From an uncultured SAR116 cluster alpha proteobacterium (GTDB lineage: Bacteria > Pseudomonadota > Alphaproteobacteria > Puniceispirillales > Puniceispirillaceae), in contig CABYZM010000001.1 of NCBI GenBank assembly GCA_902523435.1, positions 22,354-86,353 on the forward strand: a stretch of 64,000 nucleotides of DNA, written 5' to 3'. The translations under genes were made by a program, and so were the position numbers. The notes below the pieces were generated by a model. That model saw only the letters and a list, made by a program, of their open reading frames with translations. It had not been told where the DNA came from and made no database searches. This document shows positions 10,548-19,588 of the stretch, in pieces (within the stretch, counting starts at the first letter, position 1; each line of letters starts with the position of its first letter).

Positions 10548-11309
10548 CTAAATCAAAAGAATAATGAAGTCGCTTGTTTCACGGATTAATAAGACTATAC
10601 CAGACACAAATATTAGCCAAACCAATAATCTGCGAAACTGATTATCTGTTAGTTTTTTAAAAGTGAATATCCCTATCTGTGAGCCTAAAACTGAAAACGG
10701 GATCGAAATAAAAAACGCGAATAAAAATTTATCATGAATTGGGTTTTTATAAAGCAAGAACAAGAAAACAATGCCAAGAATAATCACATTAAAGGGTTGC
10801 AAGAGGGCCCGCTGTTCATATTTATTCCAGCCATAAAGAGAACTCCAAATAGTCGGCAACGCTCCAGATAAGCCTGCAGTTGAACCCAAAACGCCTCCAG
10901 CGAAACCAGTTAACATATCACCAAAATTATTGTCCGTTGCCATTCTTGGAAAATTTGCCCTAAAAGCAAAGAACACTCCAAAGAATAAAAGTAATGTGCC
11001 AACCAAGACCTTTAGAAATTGGGCATTTATGCTCTCAAGGAACAAAAACCCTAGGGGTAATCCTACAAAAGCTGGAGCTAAAAACCTAATTAATCGCGGC
11101 CAATTTAAATTTTGCTTTACAGCTACAAGGCCTTGAAGTCCGCTTACAAGAGATAGCGCTACAACCAATAACACTGCTTCCTTTGGAGGCAACACTAGAA
11201 GCCACCAACCTAGTGCGAACAGACCTGTACCAAAACCAGCAATACCATTCACAAAGCCACCAACAGAAGCCCCAATTGCTACAAAGGCAATAAATTGAAG
11301 TTCAAACAT
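10548..11309 (-). CDS. TauE/SafE sulfite/organosulfonate exporter family
   Basis: GGFVNG.AGFG, GG.LG..AGLSG..P repeats, FRRLL near C-terminus; 253 aa, hydrophobic. Confidence 0.82.
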   Translation of the reverse strand: MFELQFIAFVAIGASVGGFVNGIAGFGTGLFALGWWLLVLPPKEAVLLVVALSLVSGLQGLVAVKQNLNWPRLIRFLAPAFVGLPLGFLFLESINAQFLKVLVGTLLLFFGVFFAFRANFPRMATDNNFGDMLTGFAGGVLGSTAGLSGALPTIWSSLYGWNKYEQRALLQPFNVIILGIVFLFLLYKNPIHDKFLFAFFISIPFSVLGSQIGIFTFKKLTDNQFRRLLVWLIFVSGIVLLIRETSDFIILLI

Positions 11310-11392
11310 TCATTAACCTAGGATTGGCAATCACACTTATTTCATTCAGAACAACATGGCTTTTAGTGCTCATGAAGTGAGTAAGGGCCATT

Positions 11393-12061
11393 TTAAATTA
11401 GTTCATCTGAACGGTTGTCTGTTTCACCATAACGCTTGAGAGTGGCGGGCTTCGTGCCTTCGTATAATTTTCCAATACCCTCTGCAATTTTCCTGTTTTC
11501 ACGTTCAAATAATGAATTTCCGAGCAAATCACTCTCGACCATAAAAGGGCCCATTTGTTTTACATCGATCACCCACATTGCCTGCGCCAAACCAAGTTCA
11601 GAGTGCCAATAGACACCAGAAACTTTTTCTACCCCGCGGCCTAAAAGTGCTCCCGTTCCATATCCAACTGTTGTCAGGTAGATTGCGCCATTAGGAACAA
11701 AATGCTTTTTATAGTCCTCTGCACTCATTCCCCCTTTTCCGATGATCAGCTTCGCACCAGATTGAGACAACCACTGACCAATCCATTTGGAAAACCTAAA
11801 TGATGCAGTTGCGGTTACTGACCCTAAGTTAAAACTTCCATCCGAATTCATAGAGGCCGCCGGTGAACAATGAAAATTTGCAGCACTCCGATGAGGCAAA
11901 TCAACAGGAAAATTGGCTTTTTCCTCTAACGCCCGTTTGTAAACGCCTTCTCGAGCTGTGTATATTGTGCCATCAAGATATACGACATCGCCCAAGCGAA
12001 GCTCAGTCAACTCTTCCTTCTTAGGGTTTGTGCTTAATGTTACCCGGCGTGGCTTTGCCAT
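11393..12061 (-). CDS. Fe-S class I hydratase beta subunit (fumarase/L-tartrate dehydratase family)
   Basis: L.LGDVVYLDG.IYTAR, IIGKGG, ELG.AQAMW, GP.MV..D..GNSLF; start moved to ATG 12061 (MAKPRRV) after AGGAGAG RBS. Confidence 0.85.
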   Translation of the reverse strand: MAKPRRVTLSTNPKKEELTELRLGDVVYLDGTIYTAREGVYKRALEEKANFPVDLPHRSAANFHCSPAASMNSDGSFNLGSVTATASFRFSKWIGQWLSQSGAKLIIGKGGMSAEDYKKHFVPNGAIYLTTVGYGTGALLGRGVEKVSGVYWHSELGLAQAMWVIDVKQMGPFMVESDLLGNSLFERENRKIAEGIGKLYEGTKPATLKRYGETDNRSDELI

Positions 12062-13017
12062 TCTGGGCTCTCCTGCCAGTCCACAGTTTCTCTTCTTTGA
12101 TACGGAGTATACCACTTAGGATCTGTGCGATACACAACCTCTCCATTAGGAAATATTCGCGCAACTGCTCTACGTGACGATAAACAGAAAGCATGGACTG
12201 ACATTTGCATACCACCAGTGTGGCAAAAGCCCACTTCAATATTACAGTCTATAACCATAGATTTTCCCACAAAACCCATTGCACCCATTCCTATCGAATT
12301 TCCCAGTTCTTTAAACTCTTCTTCTAAATTTGCTATCTTAGGATCTGGATTTTGATCTCCTACAATTCTGAGGCAAGCAGCCCTTTTTCCAAGAACCATA
12401 CATGCATCTTTAGAGCCCCCCAAACCAATCCCAATTATGGCTGGCTGACATGCTAGGCCCCTCTTTCCAAATGCGACCAGACTATCGAGGTAAAACCTTT
12501 TTATTCCCTCAATGCCGTCTGACGGGAATAACATCCTATAATCTGTCCCAAACAGTCCACCTTTATGAACAGTAATCAAATCAATCCATTCACCCTCGGG
12601 TTCAAATCCATATTCAATCTCTGGCGCTCCAATGCCAACATTATTATCGTAATCTGTTCTCCAAAGTGGATGCACACGATTAGGACGCAGAGGTACTGTT
12701 TTGGTCGCGCTTGCAGTTGCACTTCTTAATGCGCCCTCAAGCGCGATTGGACCGCCCTCTATCCTCGCATTATTGCCCATCTTGACATACCAACGGGGCG
12801 TGCCAGTATCTCCGCACATAGCACTTCTATCCTGTTTAGCAGCCTCATAATTCTCTAGCATTGCCTCGAGGACAAATGACGATAGATCTCCATCTTCATC
12901 TTTAGCCGCACGTTTCAAACCACTTAAATAATCCTCAGGAATCTCAATCGCAGCTTTTTCCATAAGCATTTCGGCGGTCTTTTGAATTATATCGATTGGT
13001 ATCAAGTTTTCCCCCAA
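12040..13017 (-). CDS. Fe-S class I hydratase alpha subunit (fumarase/L-tartrate dehydratase family)
   Basis: Three Cys ligand motifs CGDTG, ACQP, FCLSSR; PLRPN, GIGLGG, GMGAMGF.G; TTG start (alternative 13005). Confidence 0.85.
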   Translation of the reverse strand: MGENLIPIDIIQKTAEMLMEKAAIEIPEDYLSGLKRAAKDEDGDLSSFVLEAMLENYEAAKQDRSAMCGDTGTPRWYVKMGNNARIEGGPIALEGALRSATASATKTVPLRPNRVHPLWRTDYDNNVGIGAPEIEYGFEPEGEWIDLITVHKGGLFGTDYRMLFPSDGIEGIKRFYLDSLVAFGKRGLACQPAIIGIGLGGSKDACMVLGKRAACLRIVGDQNPDPKIANLEEEFKELGNSIGMGAMGFVGKSMVIDCNIEVGFCHTGGMQMSVHAFCLSSRRAVARIFPNGEVVYRTDPKWYTPYQRRETVDWQESPEWQSHAG

Positions 13018-13038
13018 GCAAATTAAAACACCTAAAAG

Positions 13039-14799
13039 TTAGCCAACTAGTGACTCAGGCTCATGCTCTGGCAAAATGGTCTCACCAGGTTTAACTATTG
13101 TAAACTGCACTGGCTTTCGACTCACACTTAATTCATTTCCCGATTGACGCACTAAAGTAAAGTAAGAACTCTCCAAATCACCGGTATCCGGGTAATCTTC
13201 TCTATGATGTGCACCCCTCGAATTTTCCCGAGCTAGTGCAGCTTGAGCAATCACATTAGACATTTGCATCAAGTTCTTTAAGTTTAGCCAATCGTGCCAA
13301 GTTAGATTGAATGCAAGCTCTTTGTCATCTACGCCGATGGAGTTAAGTTCCTCTTCTAATGCAGCCAATGATTTGATGCTTCTAATCAGACCACTACCAG
13401 TTTTTACAACACCAACGTCATCCCACATAATTTGACGCATTTTTTCTCTAATTTCCGCCAGTGGCGCTACTGGCTTATTAAATGGAGCACAAGCTCTCAT
13501 TATTTCTTGTTCCAAAATGCCTTCATCAGGGGTTCGAAGCTCATTCATTCTTGTCGCTTCTTGGCCCATAACGTCACCAGCTACACCACCATATACTGTA
13601 GAATTGGCGACCCCGTTTCCACCCAGGCGATTTGAGCCGTGGGCTCCACCAGCATCTTCACCGGCAACAAATAATCCAGGAACTTCTGTACGAGTGTCAA
13701 CATCAACGACAACACCACCCATGAGGTAATGAGCCGTGGGCACAACTTCGACCTTTCCACCAGCTAAATCAAAGCCACTGTCAGCACAGCGTTTCACCAT
13801 TCCAGGGAATTTCGAACGCACAACATCTGGCCCTAAATGGCTCATAGAAATGAATACTCCACCATTTGGTGAACTATTATTTTTTTTCATTTCAGAGTAA
13901 ATTGCTCTACTTACCAGATCTCGAGTTGCTCTTTCACCTTTCGTGTCATAATCAAACATAAACCGATGATCTTGGCTATTTAAGAGATATCCACCAGCCC
14001 CTCTCAGACCCTCCTCTAAAACCGTCCCTGTCATTCGAGTATTATTTCCAGCCAATAATCCTGTGGGGTGGAACTGCACCATCTCCATATCTCGTAACGG
14101 CAATCCAGCTCTCAAGGCCATGGCTTGACCATCCATGGTCTTATCTCCAGAAGGTGTTTGGTATTTATACATGGTCGGGCCACCACCCATAGCCATGAGT
14201 GTTGTTTTAGCCCTGACAAATCGAAAACGACCGGTACGCATATCTATGAACAAAACTCCAGATATCCCCTCCCCACCAGCTGCAGGAATGAGACTCACAG
14301 CTCTATGTTCTTGTAATTTTTCGATTGGCCGGCTCAAAACCTGTTCCATAAGGCGATTTATTATTTCAATACCGGTGAGATCACCTTTATGAACTGTTCT
14401 ATCCGCGGTCTGACCAGCGAACGCTTTTTGGTGTAAGGTTCCGTCTTCATTTCTATCAAAAAAACAGCCTACTTCATTTTCAAGTTCAGTAATTCTCTCT
14501 ACGGCTAAATTACATAATCTCCAGGCCATGTCTTGGTTTGGCAACCACTTTCCACCAATAATGGTGTCCATGAAATGTCTTTCGACTGTGTCACCTCCGC
14601 CAAGGGCAACATTATAACCCCCTTGAACCATTCTGGTGCAACCACACTTACCGATAAGGCCTTTCACAGCTATCGTCACTTTTTGGGTTGGAGCAGCTTT
14701 TTGAGCATGTAAAGCCGCAAACAGACCAGCTCCACCAGAGCCTATAATAAGGATGTCGGTGTCTTGTCTGTCAATATTTCCAAATGATGAGTTAGCCAT
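13039..14799 (-). CDS. Succinate dehydrogenase/fumarate reductase-like flavoprotein subunit (non-canonical)
   Basis: GSGGAG, QFHPTG, RATRDLVSRA, HYLMGG, HGSNRLGGN, RENSRGAH.REDYP. Confidence 0.9.
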   Translation of the reverse strand: MANSSFGNIDRQDTDILIIGSGGAGLFAALHAQKAAPTQKVTIAVKGLIGKCGCTRMVQGGYNVALGGGDTVERHFMDTIIGGKWLPNQDMAWRLCNLAVERITELENEVGCFFDRNEDGTLHQKAFAGQTADRTVHKGDLTGIEIINRLMEQVLSRPIEKLQEHRAVSLIPAAGGEGISGVLFIDMRTGRFRFVRAKTTLMAMGGGPTMYKYQTPSGDKTMDGQAMALRAGLPLRDMEMVQFHPTGLLAGNNTRMTGTVLEEGLRGAGGYLLNSQDHRFMFDYDTKGERATRDLVSRAIYSEMKKNNSSPNGGVFISMSHLGPDVVRSKFPGMVKRCADSGFDLAGGKVEVVPTAHYLMGGVVVDVDTRTEVPGLFVAGEDAGGAHGSNRLGGNGVANSTVYGGVAGDVMGQEATRMNELRTPDEGILEQEIMRACAPFNKPVAPLAEIREKMRQIMWDDVGVVKTGSGLIRSIKSLAALEEELNSIGVDDKELAFNLTWHDWLNLKNLMQMSNVIAQAALARENSRGAHHREDYPDTGDLESSYFTLVRQSGNELSVSRKPVQFTIVKPGETILPEHEPESLVG

Positions 14800-15154
14800 A
14801 TTGCACCGCCGAAAAAAGAAATAATGTCGCTAAAATAAATGATAATGCAAACGCTGATGCCGCAAACGTCTTTTGTCTATTAGACCAAGGCAGAGCTTCA
14901 AATGCCATAAGCCGAAGCCCACCAAAAAAATGAGCGCCAAGCAAAAAGACAAGAATGTATTCACCGAGTTTCACATACCACAGGTCTGTCCATTCAAGAA
15001 AACCCTCTAAAGCGGCGGGATTGTGCAGAGCCTGCGACAACACCCAAAAATGAAGGGGAAGAAAAAGTGCCAAGCACACCCCAGAAACACGGTGAAGTAA
15101 AAAAGCTGACCACAGAAGATTACGACGATGAGGGGCTAATGAATATGAAATCAT
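14792..15154 (-). CDS. SdhC-like cytochrome b membrane anchor
   Basis: LHRVSG and HFFGGLR motifs, 3 TM segments; start at ATG 15154 overlapping the upstream stop (ATGA). Confidence 0.8.
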   Translation of the reverse strand: MISYSLAPHRRNLLWSAFLLHRVSGVCLALFLPLHFWVLSQALHNPAALEGFLEWTDLWYVKLGEYILVFLLGAHFFGGLRLMAFEALPWSNRQKTFAASAFALSFILATLFLFSAVQYG

Positions 15155-15480
15155 GCTGTTACCGCATAAACAGAATACAAACCCATCACTAAAAGTCCCA
15201 GTCCTAGGCCCCAAGATAAAAGTTCCAAAACGGAGCCGCGGATTTTTAGCCATTCAAAAAGTACAGTGCGCACTCCGATTGCAGCATGAACAGAGACAGC
15301 AAAAACGAAAAGTGCATAGAAAATCGCCCAAAACGCACTTCCTTGAGTACGCCCGAGTATTTCACTCGCGCTCAATCCACCCTGGACCGCATATATCATT
15401 AATACCAGATGACCTAGCACGAGAGGAGCCATGATTAACGCTGTTAAACGCTGCAAAATGTATAGTTTTGCCGATATCAT
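15151..15480 (-). CDS. SdhD-like hydrophobic membrane anchor
   Basis: LQRLTA, VHAAIGVR.V..EW, 3 TM segments; ATGA coupling with neighbours on both sides. Confidence 0.8.
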   Translation of the reverse strand: MISAKLYILQRLTALIMAPLVLGHLVLMIYAVQGGLSASEILGRTQGSAFWAIFYALFVFAVSVHAAIGVRTVLFEWLKIRGSVLELLSWGLGLGLLVMGLYSVYAVTA

Positions 15481-16220
15481 TTTGCACTTCCCAAAAGATT
15501 TTTTATTTTTGAGGCAAATACTTTTCGCTTTAGTGAGGCTATTGATGCTGACGGGTTAAGCTCATTTGGACAATAATTTGAACAATTCTGTTGCGAATGG
15601 CAGTTATGACAACCAGAGTTACCACTGACAGCGTCTAGTATGGCCTCTTTGTTTTCAGTTTTCACGTCATTGACTAAAGACCAAGCCCGATTAAGAGCTG
15701 CTGGACCGAAATAATCATTATTCGCAGACACAACATCACAAGCGGCATAACAAACACCGCAATTAATGCATTCAACAGCCTCATTAGCGAACACGCGCTC
15801 AGCACTGGATTCATCGATTTTCTCAATTGATTGATGTCTATTTTTTGAGGGATGATGGACGCCACCCACGGCAATCCACTTATCGAAAAATGGGTCCATG
15901 TCAACAACAAGGTCTTTTATAACAGGAAGGTTTCCTAAAGGCCCAACCTCAATAGCTTTGGAACTCCCAAGCACTTTTTTTACATGTGTTCTGCAAGTCC
16001 AACGAGGTTCTCCATTTACCATCATCCCACATGACCCACACATACCTACCCTGCAAGCAAATCTGTATGAGACAGTCGGATCAATATATTCTTGTATGTA
16101 TGTTACCAAATCCAATACGGTTTGATTATCCTGCTCAGGAACTTCAAATTCCTGCGTGAATGAGCTCTGGTTTGATCCGCGCTTAATCTGCACTTTTATT
16201 GTGTTTGGTTCAACGAACAT
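15477..16220 (-). CDS. SdhB/FrdB-like iron-sulfur subunit
   Basis: CRVGMCGSC...C (2Fe-2S), CINCGVCYAAC (4Fe-4S), CHSQQNCSNYCP (3Fe-4S); LPVIKDLVVD. Confidence 0.9.
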   Translation of the reverse strand: MFVEPNTIKVQIKRGSNQSSFTQEFEVPEQDNQTVLDLVTYIQEYIDPTVSYRFACRVGMCGSCGMMVNGEPRWTCRTHVKKVLGSSKAIEVGPLGNLPVIKDLVVDMDPFFDKWIAVGGVHHPSKNRHQSIEKIDESSAERVFANEAVECINCGVCYAACDVVSANNDYFGPAALNRAWSLVNDVKTENKEAILDAVSGNSGCHNCHSQQNCSNYCPNELNPSASIASLKRKVFASKIKNLLGSAK

Positions 16221-16378
16221 TATACGCCCTTGGATGGCTCATTTGAAAAATACTGATTTTCATCTAAAACTATACCCGAAAAATACTGAAGAGGTGATTT
16301 TAATAAGTAAAAAATATTCAGTTTGCATTTTTCGTGAATTTTAGTTCAACTAATCGATAAAATCGAACGGAGGAAATT
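16221..16378. promoter_or_regulatory. AT-rich divergent promoter region shared by the SDH-like arm and the TTT-sauST arm
   Basis: 158-bp AT-rich spacer between divergent operons; GGAGG RBS before the TctC gene; no promoter box identified. Confidence 0.5.
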
Positions 16379-17401
16379 ATGAAGTTGAGAAAAATACTAT
16401 CAGTATCGGCTTTGTCATCGATGATGGCGTTGTCGGTCAGCGCTGTTAGCGCATTCGAGTGCAAGGTTAAAGAAGCTAGCATGGCAAAACCGGGTGGATT
16501 TCCAGACCGAGCTTTGACCATGATTGTTCCTTACGGTCCTGCTGGTGGCTCAGGTCAAATTGCTGCAGCTATGGCAGAGGCAGTAACTGAACTGACAGGT
16601 GTATCAATCAACAGAGACCATAAGTCGGGTGGTTCGGGCACAGTTGGGATGACAGCATATATGGCTGCACCAACTGACGGCTATACAGTTCTTGAGCATA
16701 TTGATGACGCTTCATCAGCCCATGCACTTGACTCGAGCAAGCCACATCCTGGCAGGGATTTAATTCCGCTAGTAACTGCTCAAGTAACATTTTCACAAAT
16801 TTATATAAGATCCAATGAGACCAGGTATTCAGATTGGCCATCATTTGTGAAATGGGTGAAGGCTCAAGATGGCAAAGCCACAATTGCCAACGTTTCAAAA
16901 GAAGGCTCAATGGAACGAGTGACCATGAAGTTCATCACAGATGCCAGCAACATGAGCATTCAGCAGATTTCTTTTGATAAAGGTGCCCCTCGTTATGGTG
17001 CATTGCTTGGCGGTCAAGTTGATGCTCTTTATGAGCAGCCTGGTGATGTGCGAAAGTTTCTTGATTCTGGGGACTTTAAGCCCATTCTGACCATTTTTAA
17101 TGAACGCCCTGGGGTTTTTGCAAACGTTCCAACTCATAAAGAAATGGGCATGGATTTTGAACCTCTTCTGCGTTTCCGTGGCTTTTATGTGCATAAAGAT
17201 GCACCAGCGGACCGCGTAGAATGGCTGAAATGGGCATTCCAACGTGGTTATTGCCAAGACAGCTACCAGAAGTTTAATGAATCTAAATTCATGACAGTCA
17301 TTGATAGTTATCGTGATACAGAGGGTTCAATTGAGCTAATTAATGCGACAATCCCGCAATATCGAGCTGTGTACAAGCAGATGGGACTTGACGTTAAATA
17401 A
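16379..17401 (+). CDS. tctC: Tripartite tricarboxylate transporter (TTT) substrate-binding protein, TctC/Bug family
   Basis: Signal peptide; FPDR..TMIVPY..AGGS, GGSG.VG, DGYT, ALLGGQVD, VPT.KE.G motifs. Confidence 0.85.
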   Translation: MKLRKILSVSALSSMMALSVSAVSAFECKVKEASMAKPGGFPDRALTMIVPYGPAGGSGQIAAAMAEAVTELTGVSINRDHKSGGSGTVGMTAYMAAPTDGYTVLEHIDDASSAHALDSSKPHPGRDLIPLVTAQVTFSQIYIRSNETRYSDWPSFVKWVKAQDGKATIANVSKEGSMERVTMKFITDASNMSIQQISFDKGAPRYGALLGGQVDALYEQPGDVRKFLDSGDFKPILTIFNERPGVFANVPTHKEMGMDFEPLLRFRGFYVHKDAPADRVEWLKWAFQRGYCQDSYQKFNESKFMTVIDSYRDTEGSIELINATIPQYRAVYKQMGLDVK

Positions 17402-17419
17402 CGTTTGTTTTTTTCTGGT

Positions 17420-17450
17420 GAGCTGGTCTCGCTGATTGCGGGACCAGCTC
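17420..17450 (+). terminator. Strong stem-loop after the binding-protein gene (partial terminator or mRNA stabiliser)
   Basis: GAGCTGGTCTCGC-TGATT-GCGGGACCAGCTC 13-bp stem followed by TTGTTCTT. Confidence 0.65.
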
Positions 17451-17496
17451 TTGTTCTTCGATGTCATAAGAACTGATATGTAGCGGTAGATATTTA

Positions 17497-18054
17497 ATGG
17501 GCAAACTAACAAAATCACATATGATTGAAACAGCAGTGTGGCTGTTGATCGCGATTATATTTTTTGGCTTTACATTTGAATTCAATCAACCAATTGAAAT
17601 ATACATTTTTGGAGCAACTGGTTGGCCTCGGGTCGTTATCGGACTAATGCTAATCGTGACCATTGGTAACTTTTATCACCATCTAAAATATGGCTCAACA
17701 ATTCAGGCAGGGCGCGTAGGCATTGCTGATGATGATGAGGCAGGTAGCTATGATAACTTAGCGGCAGTTATAAAGGTATTAGCTGTCCTAGGCACACCAT
17801 TCTTATTTGCCTTGTCGCTCAAACCAGTTGGCTTCTACTTTGCGACACCTTTTTTCATTGCTCTGATTATTGTTATTTTTGGGGAGCGACGCTGGAAATG
17901 GATACTATGTATTACCGCTTTAATTTATGGCTTATTGCTTGGTCTTTTCATGGTTGTTTTAAACGCGCCCCTTCCGCAGGGAAACACCTCACCTTTCTAT
18001 GATTACAGCGCATTAATTTTGCGTTTAAATAATGACCTCCAGCAATTGTGGTAG
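17497..18054 (+). CDS. tctB: TTT small membrane protein TctB
   Basis: 4-5 TM segments, GATGWPR, VGFY.AT, LNAPLPQG; lies between tctC and tctA. Confidence 0.8.
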   Translation: MGKLTKSHMIETAVWLLIAIIFFGFTFEFNQPIEIYIFGATGWPRVVIGLMLIVTIGNFYHHLKYGSTIQAGRVGIADDDEAGSYDNLAAVIKVLAVLGTPFLFALSLKPVGFYFATPFFIALIIVIFGERRWKWILCITALIYGLLLGLFMVVLNAPLPQGNTSPFYDYSALILRLNNDLQQLW

Positions 18055-18060
18055 GCAAAT

Positions 18061-19551
18061 ATGATTGAAAATTTCATTGCAGGTAGTTCCGCTCTTTTTG
18101 GAGATCCGTTCACCCTCGCAATCTTCTTTTTTGGCGTTATTGGCGGCATGCTCTTTGGTGCTATACCCGGGGTGAGCATGCTAACTCTGGCAGCCATCTT
18201 ACTGCCATTCACGTCAGATTTATCGCCAGCACAAGGTGTGATGTTATTTGCTGTGATTTATTGCACAGGCACATATGGAGGGGCGATTACAGCTATTCTC
18301 TTCAACATTCCTGGCGCGCCAGAAAACGCACCAACAGCCTTTGATGGCTATCCTATGACAAAGCAAGGCAAGTCTGGGAAAGCGGTTGGAGCAGCAGTGC
18401 TATGCTCCGCCATTGGCGGGGTAGCTTCTGCTTTGGTTATGATGGCCGCAACTCAGCCTCTGGCGACATGGGCGATCAGGAATATTGGCCCACCTGAGAT
18501 CTTCGCTCTGGTCTTCTTTGGTCTTGCGGTTGCCTCATCTGTTGGCGGGCGCACTATCTGGAAAGGCTGGCTATCCGTACTTCTAGGTCTGTTGATTGCC
18601 ACAATTGGTCAGGATCCGGTCGGTGGTATAAACCGGTTTAATTTTGGCTTTGCTGATCTGGCAGCTGGCATTGCATTTGTTCCTGCAATTCTAGGTTTTT
18701 TCGCTGTATCTGAAATTTTTGTCCAAGCTGAAAAGCGTGCAACAGGCACATTCAATGCTCCAAAGGTGGGCATGTCTTTCCCAACCCTGTTTGAATTATG
18801 GGCGCAGAAAATAGCTGTCCTGCGTTCAATTCTGGTTGGATTTTTTTGTGGCATTCTACCTGGTATTGGCGCCACACTAGCCGCCTTTATGGGCTATGGG
18901 GAAGCAGTCAGATGGTCTAAGGACAAAGAAAGCTTCGGAAAAGGGAACATTGAGGGTGTAATTTCATCAGAGACAGCCAATAATGCGGCCACGGGGGCAG
19001 CGATGATACCGCTTCTTGCCCTCGGGCTTCCAGGCGGCGCATTGACTGCTATGATGGTCGCTGTATTCCAGATGCATGATCTTGAGCCTGGCCCGCTAGT
19101 ATTTTACAATTCGCCAGATTTAATCTGGGTAGTCTTTGCGGCTATGTTTTATGCCAATTTGTCAATTCTATTTGTAGGCGTTCTGGAAACCAAAACAATA
19201 CTCTACCTACTTAAAATACCATTCCAGTTTTTGGCACCGCTAATTCTTCTTCTAGCCAGCATTGGTGCCTATATTGGGCGTGGTTTGGTTCTAGATGTGA
19301 TGGTAATGTTCCTTGCTGGCATCATCGGATTTTTGCTGCGACGGTCTGGATATTCGATTCCTGGTATTGTTCTTGGTATCATTCTGGGAAAGATTGGCGA
19401 GCAAAACTTTGCTCAAGGCATGCAGATGGTGCACTATGATATTGTGGCCTATTTTTCGCGTCCTATTTGCTCACTATTAATTCTTGCGGGTGTGCTTACG
19501 CTCGGTGTTGGTGTTTATCAAGCTCTACGCGCACCTGCGAAAAAAGCCTGA
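18061..19551 (+). CDS. tctA: TTT large membrane protein TctA
   Basis: GAIPG, YGGAITAILFNIPG, DGYPM, GILPGIGA, ETANNA, PLLALGLPG signatures. Confidence 0.92.
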   Translation: MIENFIAGSSALFGDPFTLAIFFFGVIGGMLFGAIPGVSMLTLAAILLPFTSDLSPAQGVMLFAVIYCTGTYGGAITAILFNIPGAPENAPTAFDGYPMTKQGKSGKAVGAAVLCSAIGGVASALVMMAATQPLATWAIRNIGPPEIFALVFFGLAVASSVGGRTIWKGWLSVLLGLLIATIGQDPVGGINRFNFGFADLAAGIAFVPAILGFFAVSEIFVQAEKRATGTFNAPKVGMSFPTLFELWAQKIAVLRSILVGFFCGILPGIGATLAAFMGYGEAVRWSKDKESFGKGNIEGVISSETANNAATGAAMIPLLALGLPGGALTAMMVAVFQMHDLEPGPLVFYNSPDLIWVVFAAMFYANLSILFVGVLETKTILYLLKIPFQFLAPLILLLASIGAYIGRGLVLDVMVMFLAGIIGFLLRRSGYSIPGIVLGIILGKIGEQNFAQGMQMVHYDIVAYFSRPICSLLILAGVLTLGVGVYQALRAPAKKA

Positions 19552-19588
19552 TAAGGCTTGCTATCCGAAAAGGCAAAAGTACAACATC

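Noticed and set aside
13039-16220. Calling these genes housekeeping sdhCDAB, or the flavoprotein nadB
   Set aside because: Gene order, loss of the FAD His, altered substrate residues and sulfonate context argue against sdh; the Fe-S and anchor partners argue against NadB.
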